Notes: generated from the sequence alone by a model not told the origin. Numbered from the stretch's first letter, positions 12,415-25,547 are shown. The stretch: 64,000 nucleotides of DNA from Narcine bancroftii (GCF_036971445.1 NC_091472.1:240002001-240066000), one strand, 5' to 3'. A program made the numbers and translations.

Positions 12415-13535
12415 GAGACCATAAAACCATAGAACATTTCAACACAGAAACAGGCCACTTCAGTCCTTCTAGTCTGTGGGCAAACCATTTTTCTGCCCAG
12501 TCCCATTGACCTGCACCTAGTCCATAGCCCTCCATACTCTCTCATCCATGTCCTTGTCCAAATCCATCTTAAATGTTAAAATTGAGCACATTCACCACTT
12601 CAGCTGGAAGTTCATTCCATACTCCCACACTCTCTGTGTGAAGAAGTTCCCTTTCACGTTCCCCTTAAACTTTTCCCCTTTCACCTTTAAACAATGTCCA
12701 CTGGTTTATATCTAACCTACCCTCTGTGGAAAAAATCTACCTATATTTATTCTGTTTATCCCCCCCCCATAATTTAAATACCTCTATCAAATCTCCTATC
12801 ATTCTTCTGTGCTCCAGGGAATAATGTCCTAACCTGTTTAACCTTTCCATATAACTCAGTTCCTGAAGTCTGGGCAACATCCTAGTAAATCATCTCTGCA
12901 CTCTTTCTATCTTATTGATATCTTTCCTGTAGTTGGTTGGCCAAAACTGCGCACAATACTCCAAATTTGGTCTCACCAATGTCTTATACAACTTTATCTT
13001 AACATCCCAGCTCCTATGCTCAATAGTTTGATTTATGAAGGCCAATATGCCAAAACTCTCTTTACTACCCCATCCACTTGTGACACAACTTTCAGAGAAT
13101 TACGTATCAGTATTCCCACATCCCTCTGTTTTACCGCACCACTCAGTGCCCTACCATTTACCATGTATGTCCTTTCTTGGTATGATTTTCCAAAATGCAT
13201 CACCTCACACTTATCTGCATTTTATTCCATCTGATATATTTTAGCTCATTTTTTCAGCTGGTCCAGATCACTCTGTAAGCTTTGAAAAACTTCTTCACTC
13301 TCCACAACATCTCCAATCTTAATGTCAACGAACTTGCTGATCCAATTTACCACATTATCATCCAGATCATTGATATAGATGACAAACAACAAAGGTCCAA
13401 GCACCGATATCTAAGGCACACCACTACTCATAGGCCTCCAGTCTGAGAAGTGATCATCCACCACTACTCTTTGGCTTCTACCATCCAACCATTGTCAAAT
13501 CCAGCTTACTACTTCACCATGAATGCCAAGCGTCT
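12415..13535 (-). mobile_element. CR1 LINE 3' fragment
   Basis: Similar to the CR1 copy at about 57000-58000 (aaatgcatcacctcacacttatctgc, ctccaaatttgg); accataga-type tail. Confidence 0.8.
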
Positions 13536-14075
13536 GATGTGTGGTGGAAAGTGTGCTGACCGGCTGCCGCATGCTCTGCTATGGGGACATAAATACCCCT
13601 GAGCGAAAGCCCTGCAAAAGGTCATGGACACAGCCCAGGACATCACAGGCTAAACCCGACCCACCACTGAAAACATCTACAGGGAACTTTGCCGTCGGAG
13701 AGCAACAGCAATCATCAAAGATCCACAAAACACAGCACATGCTCTGTTCTCATTGTTACCATCAGGAAATAGGTATAGATGCTACAAGACTCACACCACA
13801 AGGTTCAGGAACAGCTGATCCCCCTCCACCATCAGGCTCCTCAGCAACAAACTCAATCAGGGACTCATTTAAGGACTCTTACTTCTTCATTTTATTGATT
13901 TTTTTTCTTTCTGTATTGCACAGTCAGTTTGCTTATATTTCTTTATTTGTTTACATGTGTTAATTGATAAAGTTTTGCTTACACTACCAATAAGTAGTAA
14001 TTCTGCCTCACCTGCATGAAAAAGAATTTCAAGGTTGCATGTGTGTACCCTGACAATAAATCTGAAATCTAAATC
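13536..14075 (+). mobile_element. Non-LTR retroelement 3' end (Rex/Babar-like)
   Basis: VESVLTGC...YG start; 3' UTR ending gacaataaatctgaa. Confidence 0.6.
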
Positions 14076-14130
14076 TAATCTAAATCTTTTACTTGAAGTG
14101 AACTCCAGTCTGCTCTGTGGCAGGGCCTCA

Positions 14131-15140
14131 ATAAACATAGAACATAGAACATTACTGCCCAATACAGGCCCTTTGGCCCTCAATGTTATGGCGACACATA
14201 TATTCCTACCAAAAAATACTAAAACCTTTCGACCTTGTAACCCTCTATTTTTCTTTCATTATGTGTCTGTCTAAGAGTCCCTTAAATTCCCCTAATGTTT
14301 CAGCCTCCACCACAACCCAGCAAGGCATTCCAGGCACCCACAACTGAATACAATACTCTAAGTGTCGTGTTACCACAGATTTGTAGGGTTGCACATGAAC
14401 TCTTGAACTCACTCCCCATATTAATGAAGCCCTACATCCCATAGGCCTTCTTGGCTATCCTATCAACCTGCTTGGCAACCTTGAGAGATGTATGGATTTG
14501 GACCCCAAGGTCCCTCTGTTCTTCCACACTGTTAAGTATCTGACTATTAACTTTGTACTTAGCCTTCTAGTTTGACCTCCTAAAATGCATCACCTCACAC
14601 TTATCTGGATTGACCTCCATCTGGCACTTTCCTGCCCAATTCTGCAACCTACTTATATTCTTTTGTAACCTGCAACAACTTTCAGCTCCATTTTCAACTC
14701 TTACAATCTTTGCATCAAACTTATTGACCCATCCTTCCGCTTCTTCATCTAGATCATTTTTTTAAAAATTACTAAGAGCAGAGGTCCCAGAACAAATCAC
14801 TGTGGAACTCCTGTAGTCATTGACTTTCAGGCAGAATACTGTCTGTCCACAACTACTACCACTTTCTATATGCAAGCCAATTTTTAATCCACACAGCCAA
14901 GGTTTCATGTATCCCATGCCTCATGACTTTCTGAACGAATCTCTCATGGGGGACTTTATCAAATACTTTACTAAACTCCATATAGATCACATCTACCACC
15001 CTATCTTCTTCAATTTCTTTTTTTACTTCCTCAAAAAACACAATTAGACACATGAGGCATGACCTACCCCTCACAGAGCCAAGCTGACTATTCCTGAGTA
15101 GACTGTTCTTCTCCAAATGCTCATGTTCTGTTCTTAAGAA
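14131..15140 (-). mobile_element. CR1 LINE fragment
   Basis: GRSCLMCLIVFFEEV..VDVIYMEFSKVFDKVPHERFV RT motifs; (atagaac)n tail. Confidence 0.8.
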
Positions 15141-16185
15141 TGCTCCCCAATAGTTGACATACCGCTGACTTGTTTGAGAAACTCGTTGCCTCCGTGCGAG
15201 GATTTCTTTGCCTTCTGTCTCTATCTGAGCCATGGTTAAGAGGTTGATTGGATCCCACATACTAAGCAGGTCAGGGTGTAGGCCAAACACCAATCCCTTC
15301 AACAAACACTATTCATTTGACTCTCTCACATGGGTAAGTGAAAGAGGTGTTAATTTTTTAACATTTATTTTTGATTTAATATTTTTTAAATTAGTTTACA
15401 CAATTTGAAGGTATTTTTAAATTTAAAAAATAGTTACATTTCTTAAAATATCTTAACTGTTCAAACATATTTCTTCTGCTTCTGAATGAGCCTGAACATC
15501 AGGTCACAGAAGGCCATTCCTGATAGCACAAGCTGTCAAACAGCCACAGGTGCTGCAGGAGCAAAGTCTCAGTGGGTGCTGCCTTAGGCTCAGACTGCAC
15601 TCAGACTGCTCCATCTTCCACAGTGAGAATTCCAGCTCATCCAGAAGTGATTGGCCCCTGAAACAGTGGAAACCCATGGGAAGCAAAGGTGAAAGCAGGA
15701 GCAGGTCTAGCAAGCTCTGACCATGAATCTGAGGTTTGCTCATCCCGGCCACACGTAAGATAAAGCAACAATTCCTGGTAGCAGGAAGATCTTGGAATTT
15801 CTCACTCCATTCTAAATCTTTGCATTCCTCGAACATTCAAGAGGAATGAAAACCAGATCCAGATTCAATTCCCTCCAAAAAAAAAGTCCATGAATTGTCC
15901 AAATTCATTATTAATGAATTTAGCTAAACTTGAGAAGGGGAAAGTGGGTGTGTATGTGACAAGAGAGAAATTTGAATTAATCTCTTGGTCAAAATTACAT
16001 AATTAATAAATGATGTCTGAATGTGAAAAGATGGTGTTGTTCATTGTACATTTGGATGTCATTGTTATCTGCAGAGTTTTCATCTAAATGCAGAAATAGA
16101 AACAAATGAAGACAGTCAAGTGGTTGTTGCTTTATTTTTCTCAAGAATATTTCAGAAAGGCAAGATTATCTTTTTTAGCAACAGC

Positions 16186-16461
16186 CTAGAAATCCCTCAT
16201 GCGCCGGAAGGACCCAATGGTGGAATTGTAGCTGCCCCAGTCACTGTATCTCCTGTATTCACCAGGTCTCAGGAAGTACTGACGGCCTCTGTAGTTGGGC
16301 TGTTCATAGAAGATCCAGTAACCATCCATCACCTGGCAGGAGTGGATGTCACGGTAACGGAAACGATCGTAGACGGAGGGACAGTCGTCCATGAATTCCA
16401 TCATCTGCCCTCCAAAGTCAGGCCTCTCGTAAATCTTCATCCTGTAGGAGCCTCCTCGGTA
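16186..16461 (-). CDS. Gamma-crystallin gene 2 exon 3
   Basis: Acceptor ttccag|TACCGA; 276 nt ending in TAG. Confidence 0.95.
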   Translation of the reverse strand, partial: YRGGSYRMKIYERPDFGGQMMEFMDDCPSVYDRFRYRDIHSCQVMDGYWIFYEQPNYRGRQYFLRPGEYRRYSDWGSYNSTIGSFRRMRDF

Positions 16462-18381
16462 CTGGAATAGAAAGAAGGATGTAACTATGTTGATGAAATC
16501 AATGATCAATGTCTCGACATCGAGCTTTCTGCTGAGACATAAAAGTGAATGCCAGAGTACCCAAGAAATTAGGCACTGCAGAGAAAGAAAAACGGAGTCA
16601 ACATACATTTTCATTTAATGTCCTCCTCATAGAAAAGGATGAGTCTGTTTACCTGAAAGTCTTGGATATACTATTTTCCATCTCCACGGGTTTAAGCACA
16701 TCAGCCTAAAAAGTTAACGCATATTGCCTGAACTGCAGAGCTTTAGTGGAGTTTCTGTTTTAATTTCATCTTCCAGATTTGCAGCTTTTCTCTTCTTCTG
16801 GGATTATACTTTTTTTTATAAAGTTCATTCAGACCACAATACAAAGATCTACGCACTATTTACATTGTAAATTTGCAATAAATGGTAAATCAATACACCT
16901 CACTGTTACATACACATTATTGCACAGATACAATGAATGACACACTATTTACATTTTCATATTATAATTCTGTTTTACTATTAATGATGTACTCGATCCC
17001 CTGGGGGCTCACCACTCCCGGAACTCAGCCACTGTGCCGTCATATACCATGTGCTCCCACTCTAACAACACACGGGCGTGGAGGTAACCCTGAAAGGGGG
17101 GCAAGCAGTTGGTTCTACTCCTTTCAGTTCTTCATTGTTACTAAAAGCCAAGTTATCAAATGATGTTCCTTTAGCTTTAAAGTTATTTACAGACCACTTT
17201 GTCTGAAGATGATTTTGCTCCAATATCAAAAATGTAGATCTGATAATGATCATAAAGTTAAGTAGGTGTGTTGATGGCAAATATTAAGTACTTACAAAAC
17301 TTACTAAATCTTTCCACAGATGATAAAGAAAAAAGTCTCATGTGGATAGGGTGGTGAAGAATGCTTGTGGGATGCTGGCCTTTATAGATCAGAGCATTGA
17401 GTCTAGGAGCTGAGATGTTAGGTTAAAATTGTACACGGCATTCGTGAGGCCAAATTTGGAATATTGTGTACAGTTTTGGTCACCAAAGTATAGGAAAGTT
17501 ATCAACAAATTGGAGAGAGTGCAGAGAAGATTTTCTAGATTTTGCTGGGGTTACAGGGTCTATGTTATAGGAAGAGGTTAAATAAGTTGGGTCTTTATTC
17601 TTTGGGCATTTGATTGAGGTATTTAAAATTATTAGGGGTATAAATAGAATTGACATGGAGAAGCTTTTGGCTTTAAGAAAGGGGGGGGGGAGATAGAAAC
17701 GAGAAAACCTGCACTGAGAGTTGGGGGAAAGAGTTTAGAGGAAACATGAGGGGTGACTTCTCAGAGAGCGGTGGGTGTGTGGAACGAGCTTCCAGACAAA
17801 CTGGTGGAGACAGGCTCGATATTAGCATTTAAGGATAAGTTGGATGTGTATCTGGAGGGGAAAGGAATGGAGGGTTACGGGTTGAGTGTAGGTCAGTGGG
17901 GTTAGGCAGGAGAAAGTGTTTGGCATGGACTAGAAGGGCCAAGCTGGCCTGTTTCTATGCTGTTATTTTTATATATGATATAAGCAACTTTTTTTTTCTC
18001 CCCTTGATTCTGGGTAAAATACAAATAACAAAAAGGAACTCACCTGAGGGAAGCTGCGGCAGGACCTGACACGGTCATCGAACCCCATCCAGCGCTGGTA
18101 GTCAGGATACTCGCCCCTGCTCAGGACATACTGGTACCCTGCGTAGTTGGGCCTCTCGTACAGCACCCACCAGTCACTCTCCACACGGATGGAGTTACAG
18201 CGGCTGAAGTAAGGGGACAGGTCGGCGCAGTCGGAGCTGCACTCGTGGTGCCGGCCCTGGAAGTTCCTGTCCTCGTAGAAGATGATCTGTGGAAAGATAG
18301 AGATCTATAAATTATAAGGAGCTCAAAGTTGGAAGTAATGCCAACATAGTTTGTGAGCTGAATCATCCTTGCCTTCCCCAT
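16186..18381 (-). CDS. Gamma-crystallin gene 2 (shark gamma-S1-like), join(18373..18381,18044..18286,16186..16461), 175 aa
   Basis: [23 protein letters not shown]...[39 protein letters not shown]...GSFRRMRDF*; exons 9/243/276 nt; intron 1 GC-AG; AATAAA at 16131-16136 (-). Confidence 0.93.
17333..17975 (+). mobile_element. CR1 LINE 3' fragment in gene 2 intron 2
   Basis: gtggatagggtggtgaagaa..., gtgaggccaaatttggaatattgtgtacagttttggtcacc ([13 protein letters not shown]). Confidence 0.8.
18044..18286 (-). CDS. Gamma-crystallin gene 2 exon 2
   Basis: Acceptor ccacag|ATCATC; donor CAG|gtgagt; 243 nt. Confidence 0.95.
18373..18381 (-). CDS. Gamma-crystallin gene 2 exon 1 coding part (MGK)
   Basis: ctcaaaATGGGGAAG|gcaagg downstream of TATAAATA. 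Confidence 0.85.
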
Positions 18382-18440
18382 TTTGAGATCACAGTTAGCT
18401 TCAGAACTGACTCTATGCAGCCCTGTCCCACTAGGCCTGG

Positions 18441-18515
18441 TATTTATACGATGGGCAGGGAGCCTCACTAGGCTGAACGTTTGTTATTCTAATGATTCAA
18501 GAGTGAAATTCAGCA
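18441..18515 (-). promoter_or_regulatory. Gene 2 proximal promoter: Maf half-site, CATT-N6-ACAAA element, TATA box
   Basis: On - strand: TGCTGA (18510-18515), CATTAGAATAACAAAC starting at 18494, TATAAATA (18441-18448). Confidence 0.7.
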
Positions 18516-20705
18516 GAGACCAATGAATCCCATGGTAAATTTTATTGTGGAAAAGCACCTGACGTGTCATTGATTTGTTCTCTCTGTTTTGCTGTCTTGT
18601 CACTTTAATTTTTCGAGCAAAACTGTTTTGGAACAGTGATTATCCCATAGTTTCCAAAGTGGTGTTCTGTGGCTGAACCTGCATGACATGGGCACACATT
18701 AGATGAGAAATGATCAGTGGAAACATCCTTCACCCCCATAGAGAGGAGAGAGAAATGATAGACGTTCTATTTTAGACGTATGTAGCAATTTACCAAAATT
18801 CTCTGGACTCTGGGCATGTCCCAGCAGCTTGAAGACAGCAAGTGTCACAATGGTGTCGGAAAAAGGCAGGTAGCTATACACCAGTTAGCTTAACGTTTGT
18901 AAGTAGGAAAATGTTTGAAGCTGTCATATGGAAAAAAAAATTTACAAGACTACCGGATAGAATTACTTCTATCAGGCAGTGACAGCATGGATTCAGGAAG
19001 GGCAGGTCTGATTGACAAATTAACTGAGGTTCTCTGAGGATATGAGTGCAGCGGATAGAAGGGAACAGGTGAATGTGGTGTGCTTGGATTTCCAGATGGA
19101 GTTTGTTTTGATGTAAAAGAATGATCTATACCGCACTCTGATGCACCCAATTAGCCTCCTTTCGATATGCACCTGTGGAAGTTGTTGAAGGACAAGGGAC
19201 ACATGCTGAACTTTCTGAGACTTCAAAGAAAGTAGATGTATCAATGCACATTCTTGTCTATTGCATCTGGACCAGAGCAGATATTGGAAATGTTTACTCC
19301 CAAGGACTTGAAGCTATCCACTTCAGCACTGTTCCCATGGTCAGGGATGTGGTGTTTACTCCCTATCCTAAAGTCTATGATCAGCTTCTTCATCTTAATG
19401 ACATCGAGAGAGGGGTTGTTGTCTTGCTCCAGACCACGAGATACACAACCTCACTTCTGCATCATTATTTGATATTGGAACCATGACTGTGGGACTATGG
19501 AAGATGAAATTGATAATGCTTCAAGGACCACCCTCTCCATCAATCACCTTAATGATTGCTTCCACCTTTAGAGGTGATGAAGCCTACAACTTTGACCAAA
19601 TAATTAGATATCTGCTGAAGTAACTCCCTTGAGAGTCACTGTATACAACTTTACTTGATTGCCCATGGTGAAACAACCTGCTTTCTAACTTGAAAGGAGC
19701 ATCATATTGCAGTTGGTTAAGCAGCAAGGCTTGTTATTACCTCCGCCCACTTTTAGATATCTTTGCCAAATTGCTTCATGCTTCCTTTGGGGCCACATCT
19801 TCCTCTCCTTGATGTTCAATAGTTTTACAATTCCCAAATTGTAGGAACTGCCAATGCCCAGAAAATTAGCTGTACCAGCCAGATACATACTGTGGATGCA
19901 AGAAGAAAACAAGTCGGGATATTCTTTTAAGTATGGCTTTAATACTGCTATCCACTTAGCAAAGTGGAGACTTCAATTTCCAGCTGGAAATAATTTATAC
20001 ACATCCAGCAATGGCTTTATTTTCTGACATGGGGAATTCTCAGATCTTTACCTGGAGTAAGTTAGAAGTTTTGTTGATAAAATTGGACTTTTTTTGTCGC
20101 AGAACCTAATTTTGCTCCTAAATATTATGCTCAGGTCTTGAAGAAACATTGAGAAGGTGGAGGACAAAAGGTGTCAGGCAGCATCCATGTGTAGAAATGG
20201 CTGATCAACATTTTGGGTCAGTATCTTCTATTCACAACATGGGCAAGTAAGGATGATAAACAGAAAATACTGAAAGGTCTCAACAGGTCAGTCAGTTAAC
20301 ATTTAGGACTTGTAATAACTGGGAAAGAGAGATAAGTGTGTTGCAGGGAAGGTAAGAGAATGTATGGATAGGTAAGGTACAAATGGTTTAATAGTACAGT
20401 TGGAACTAATTACATTATTTTGTCTGTGCTATGAGTTATAAACAGCAGAGTGAAAACCTGACTCAATATCACACCAGTGGAAGCCAGGTTTTCAATCCCC
20501 CTCCTGCATGTTGACTCGTCACATTTTTTTATATAGCCCACTTTCATGGTATCATCGGTAAATTTGTAGATGGTGTTATTGTCCTTCTGAGCCACACAGT
20601 TGTAGGTGTAAAGTGAGTAGAGCAGGGGCCAAGAACACAGCCCTGTGGTGTTCCGGTACTGATGGAGATTGTGGAGGATCCTTCAGTCATTCCAGGCTGC
20701 AGGAG

Positions 20706-21157
20706 TGTGATAGTACAGATCTATCACCAATGTACATAGTGTATATAGTTACTGTATCTAGACTGTGCTTACAGCGATTGGCTGAGAGCTAAGCCACACC
20801 TATTGTTTGGGCCTTAAAGGGTTGTGTCCCTAGCCAGGTCGGATCATTCCGGACTGGTCGGCCACCTGTGAAGAGCTCCGGTCTTTTGCTAATAAAAGCC
20901 TTGGTTTGGATCAACAAGTCTTTGGTTCTTTCGACGAGCTCTACAATTTTATTAGCAAAAGACCGGAGCTCTTCACAGGTGGCCGACCAGTCCGGAATGA
21001 TCCGACCTGGCTAGGGACACAACCCTTTAAGGCCCAAACAATAGGTGTGGCTTAGCTCTCAGCCAATCGCTGTAAGCACAGTCTAGATACAGTAACTATA
21101 TACACTATGTACATTGGTGATAGATCTGTACTATCACACCTTTCGACGAGCTCTACA
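20706..21157 (+). mobile_element. Family-A solo LTR with internal inverted self-duplication
   Basis: LTR 20706-20945 (TGTGATAG...CTCTACA); inverted copy 20947-21139; LTR end repeated at 21140-21157; TSD AGGAG at 20701-20705 and 21158-21162. Confidence 0.9.
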
Positions 21158-21846
21158 AGGAGTACGTACTGAGAGATGCACTGAGGCTTGGCGCAGCCAA
21201 CACAAGTGCCTTGTGGGGAAGGATCACAGACTATAAGCCTTATATCACCGTGCATTGAGGGGATGAAACTGAAGTGAAGCCCCTGAAACCACAGAGTGGA
21301 GAGAACAACAAGGTGCCATCATTGCTGCGAAGTATAAAATGTATGTAACAATGTACAGTGATGGAAATGTATGGATTTGAAGAGACTTTGAACCGTTTTC
21401 TTTTTGTAAATAATTTCTTGTGAACAAGTCTAGTTTTGGTAAAAAAAATGTCCTGATAAAGGGTCCCGAGCCAAAACGTTGACCGACATTTTCTCTCCGT
21501 GGTTGCTGCCTAACGCATTCAGTCCATTCAGCTTCTCACTGATAGCTTTAATTTAGTGGGCTGGAGTTCCACTCTGTGGTTTTTATCTGTAATAGAATTT
21601 TATTGAATGATTGTTGTATCAATCAAAAGGTTTGCAGGGAATTGGAAACTGAAATAGGCTCTATCAGACATGCAGCATACAAGCATCCAATAAGAGAGCA
21701 ATAATGAGTCAGGGTTTTTTTACAATTGACCAAAGAGAATCCTAGTTTATGCTACAAACTAGACATTGTCTCCTAATGATATATTTGAAAATTATTTAAG
21801 ATAAATTTGCCCATGCAGCTCAAATATTTTATTCAATCAAATTCAG

Positions 21847-22879
21847 TGTGGAGCAGTGTAATGGAAGATTCTAACCTATTTTTTAACCTGTTTTTTTCTT
21901 AATTTCCAGCTCTTGGTTCTGCAGAGCTGAGAACCTTTTTTTAAAACTTTCAGCTTTGGGTTCTGCAAGGCTGAGAACCTAATTGTTTTTAGACTCAGCA
22001 GACATAAGCAAAATTCCACCGAGGGGCCAGAGATGCTGTTATCTGAAGAAAGGACATCTGTGTACCGAGAGCATTTAGTCTTCCTGCTTGTTTTGGTCAC
22101 AGACTGTCAGAGCCTAGCCTTGATGTAGAATAAACCATTGTATTAAAAATGATAAGCTGAAAATTATGTTATTTGTTAATTAACCTAGCATGCTAGCTTG
22201 CTTGCTTATCTTTCTTGCTTTGCTGTGAATAGATGCTTGGGTAAGCAGTTTTTGGGTAATATAAGGCAAGGTCCCGCTGCTGAAGTGAGAGACTCTCCGA
22301 GAGGTGGCAACATCTCTCAGCAAGAAGAAGAACTTCTGGAGTCCAGCCAACGTCCCGGCCAGGGGAGGTGGAGAAGCTGCTACCGGCGCTCTGACAACCT
22401 ACTACAAGTGTGCAGTCGTTGCCTCGCTTCGGCAGTTGGGACCAGTCCAAGCATTGATAAGTATAGTTGGGAAGGGCTTGCATATTGTAGTGTGAAATCA
22501 GCTTTTGAATTTGTAATAAACATTTGTATAATCTGAACTGCTCTCGGTGTGTGTGTCTATTTTCTTTCGGTAATTCAAACACTGTGACCAATCTAAAACG
22601 AACAAAGTGAGAGGTACAAGTTTACCCAAGACAAGGAGTCTCTGATAGGATGAGGATTTACAAGAGGCCTGACTTTGTTGGAATTCATAGACCACTGTCC
22701 CTCCATCTACGATCGTTTCCATTGCCATGACATCTACTCTTGGCAGGTGACGGATGGGTACAGGATCTTCTATGAACAGCCCAACGACAGAGGTTATTGG
22801 TACTTCCTGAGACCTGGTGAATACAGAAGATAGTGACTGGGGCTACTACAACAACATCTTCAGGCACATGAGGGACTAA
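21847..22879 (+). pseudogene. Gamma-crystallin pseudogene, orphan exon 3 interrupted by a solo LTR
   Basis: 22634-22879 aligns to exon 3 ([60 protein letters not shown]) with an 11-nt and a 2-nt frameshifting deletion. The probable acceptor attcag and first codons lie at 21841-21856, upstream of the LTR. Confidence 0.85.
21857..22633 (+). mobile_element. Solo LTR (about 777 bp)
   Basis: Begins TGTAATGG, ends CCAAGACA; internal TATAA (about 22260) and AATAAA (about 22515); flanked by AGCAG (21852-21856) and AGGAG (22634-22638), a 5-bp TSD with one mismatch. Confidence 0.7.
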
Positions 22880-23754
22880 AAACTAAAATTAGATTTTGCC
22901 AGAGTAAAATATTGCAGAGCATGAAGAAATATATTGCAGTGTGCTTTTTTGCCACTTATGATCTTTGATCTTGAGACCAAAATAATGATGGAGTCATACA
23001 TTTTGCTCAAAGCATTGGCATTAGGAAAATATATAGCAGCAAATAATTCTGCATCATTTATTTTAATTTTAATTAAATGACAATAACTATTCAAGCAGAA
23101 ACCTATTTAGATGGTTGGTTACAATTTAATAAGCATTGCAGCTCATCATAAATAATTTGGAGATATTTTGAAATAAGATCAAGGTGAGTTCAAGAAACTT
23201 TTAATTTAAACAAACTTTCCCTTCATCAGAAATTCAGTTACTCCTCACAACTTGGCATTAAGTATTCAGGAAAATTAAGAGAAAATGCAGTCATACCACG
23301 TTCACCAGAGCATTTGATAGTTTCTATTTCAAGGTGTTCCTCAGACCAATGAATTTTTCAAATTATTGTCGGCAATTTTTTCAAATAATTACTCCTCCAT
23401 GAACAGTGTTTTCAGTGTTTTAGATTTTCATTATGGATATTAATTTAACACTCTTTCCCTTTATAATTATTTGTGTCTTTCAAATTTATTAAAACCCAGA
23501 TGAGTATGAGAATTTAATGTCATATACACAAGTACAATGTACAGCTGCCCCAACATTCTTGCTTGCTTCAATTACATAGGTACGCAAGATATATCAATAG
23601 CAATCGTATTAATTAGATTACTACTACAGTATATGCCACGAGACAGCAAAAAGAAAAAAGAAAAATAAAAGGCTGGGTGAGTCAGAGAGCATAAAAGTCA
23701 TGTTTAAACAGACAGATCTTTTAGTGATCATGGAGTAGTTTATCGTTGACAACA

Positions 23755-23937
23755 TTGTTTGACTGGTTTAATGTATCTTAGATTTCGTACTTTAAATGGA
23801 TGGGGGGGGAGGTAGGGAGGCTGGGATGGGAGGAGGGAGGGGGGGAGAAAATGACACTGTATATATTTGAAAAGGAAAATGTATGTATCATGGTCAATGT
23901 GGTTTATGGTGTGAAAAATAAAAAATTTAAAAAAAAA
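23755..23937 (+). mobile_element. Truncated L1-like 3' UTR with G-rich tract and poly(A)
   Basis: G-run cluster, then AATAAA and an A-tail. Confidence 0.5.
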
Positions 23938-25547
23938 GATAGTATAGGGAGGTACAGGTAGTATAGGATAGCAGACTTCCAGACTTCGGCCTTCTGTATC
24001 TTCAGCCTGAATGTAACAGTGAGAAGAGATTATGACTCAGGTAATGAGGATCCTTTATGATTTTATTTCCACTGTCCTATTTACTAAAATTAAATATTTT
24101 GTTACTTGATGATCTTCATAACTTAATACACACTATATTCACTCAGAAACTAGGGGAATGATGCCAAGGCCTCCATTCATTGCCCATCACTGACTGCCCT
24201 TGAGAAGGTGGAGGTGAGGCCCTTGCTGGAACTGCACAAGTCCCCGGGGGGGGGAAGGTTTCTTTGACCCCAAAAATATACTTTATTCTGAAATGTGCAA
24301 ATATGTAAATGTCACCATTCATATTTCAAGATATTTCAATGCCTTTTGCTGTAAGGATTTACACTATACATTGGAGCAGTTTGCTTGGCCATTTCAAAGG
24401 GCAACTGAAAAATCAACCACATTGAGATGAGCCCAGAGTTGATTTAAGTTCAGATTGGGTGAGGATGATACCATATCCTTGGTGAATAGAATGGTTTCAT
24501 CGTGAGCTTTACTGAGACAAGCTTTACAATTAAAATTTGTTCATTAAGTGAATTTAGATCACACCGTTCACAGAGTTGGATTTGAACTAATGACATTTCA
24601 TCATTTGGGATAGTGAAGTCCCAGAGAGTAAATGTGGCAGATGGTTTTTGTAATTACCTCAGGTATTAAGAAAGGTGGCATTTATGCCACACATGCAGCC
24701 ATGGCTGCTCCCCTTAATACTGAGCATGCTCAAACCCATTGTTATCAGTACTGATGGGTGATGAGTGTCACCACTGATCAGAGACATAACCAGGTGACCC
24801 AAAATTTACAATGGTTCCAAGAGTAGGTCAGAGGCTAGGTCTCCTACAGTGATAGCCTCTCCACCATTTAGAATTCGAGGGTGTGACAGATAAGCGCAGT
24901 TCCAATAACACCCGGAAAGCTCAACAAAACCCAGGACAAAGCAGTCCTCAGCCGCCATCAACATGTATTTTTTGAGGAAGGTAATTTCATTCATGAAGGG
25001 CCTTGGTTTCACCTCACCCATCATTGCTCTGGAAATCTGGACAACTTGAGCTGAAGCCATTTCTCCAGGCTTCTTTTGATGGCACTTCCCAATCCTGTGA
25101 CCTCCAATGCCCAAAATGTGCCTATATCTGGGATGCAGCCACCGGCATCTTCATCTCCAGTAGAGAGCGTGCAGAGGAGATTAACAAAGATGCTGTCTGG
25201 ATGGGAGAGTGAACTTCGTCTTTTCTCCTTAGAGCAATGGAGGATGAGGTGCAACCTGATAGAGGTGTATAAATTGATGAGCGGCATTGAACGTGTGGTT
25301 ATCCAAAGTCTTTTTTTCCCAGAGTTGAAATAGCTAACACGAGGAGGACATAGTTTTAAGGTTCTTCCCTATCCCTCTGTGTCCTTTCCCCCAGCTCTTC
25401 ACCCCCTTTCCTCTCTATTCAGAGACCAAACCCCTCCCCTATCACATTTCAGCTAGTTTTCTTTTGCGCCCTCCCCCCATACCCACCTAAGACCCTGTGC
25501 TCCTCCTCATGCCCCTCCCCGCACCTCTTCATTCACCTCTTCTACCT

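Noticed and set aside
19620-20060. Possible missing exon 1/2 of the pseudogene or an exon of another gene
   Set aside because: Frames I translated gave no crystallin motif or long open frame; only a sensitive search could exclude a very decayed remnant.
20701-22638. Two different LTR insertions about 1 kb apart both have an AGGAG-like TSD
   Set aside because: A 5-mer match is easily coincidental, the LTRs are unrelated in sequence, and other family-A copies have different TSDs (GAAGC, GACGC).
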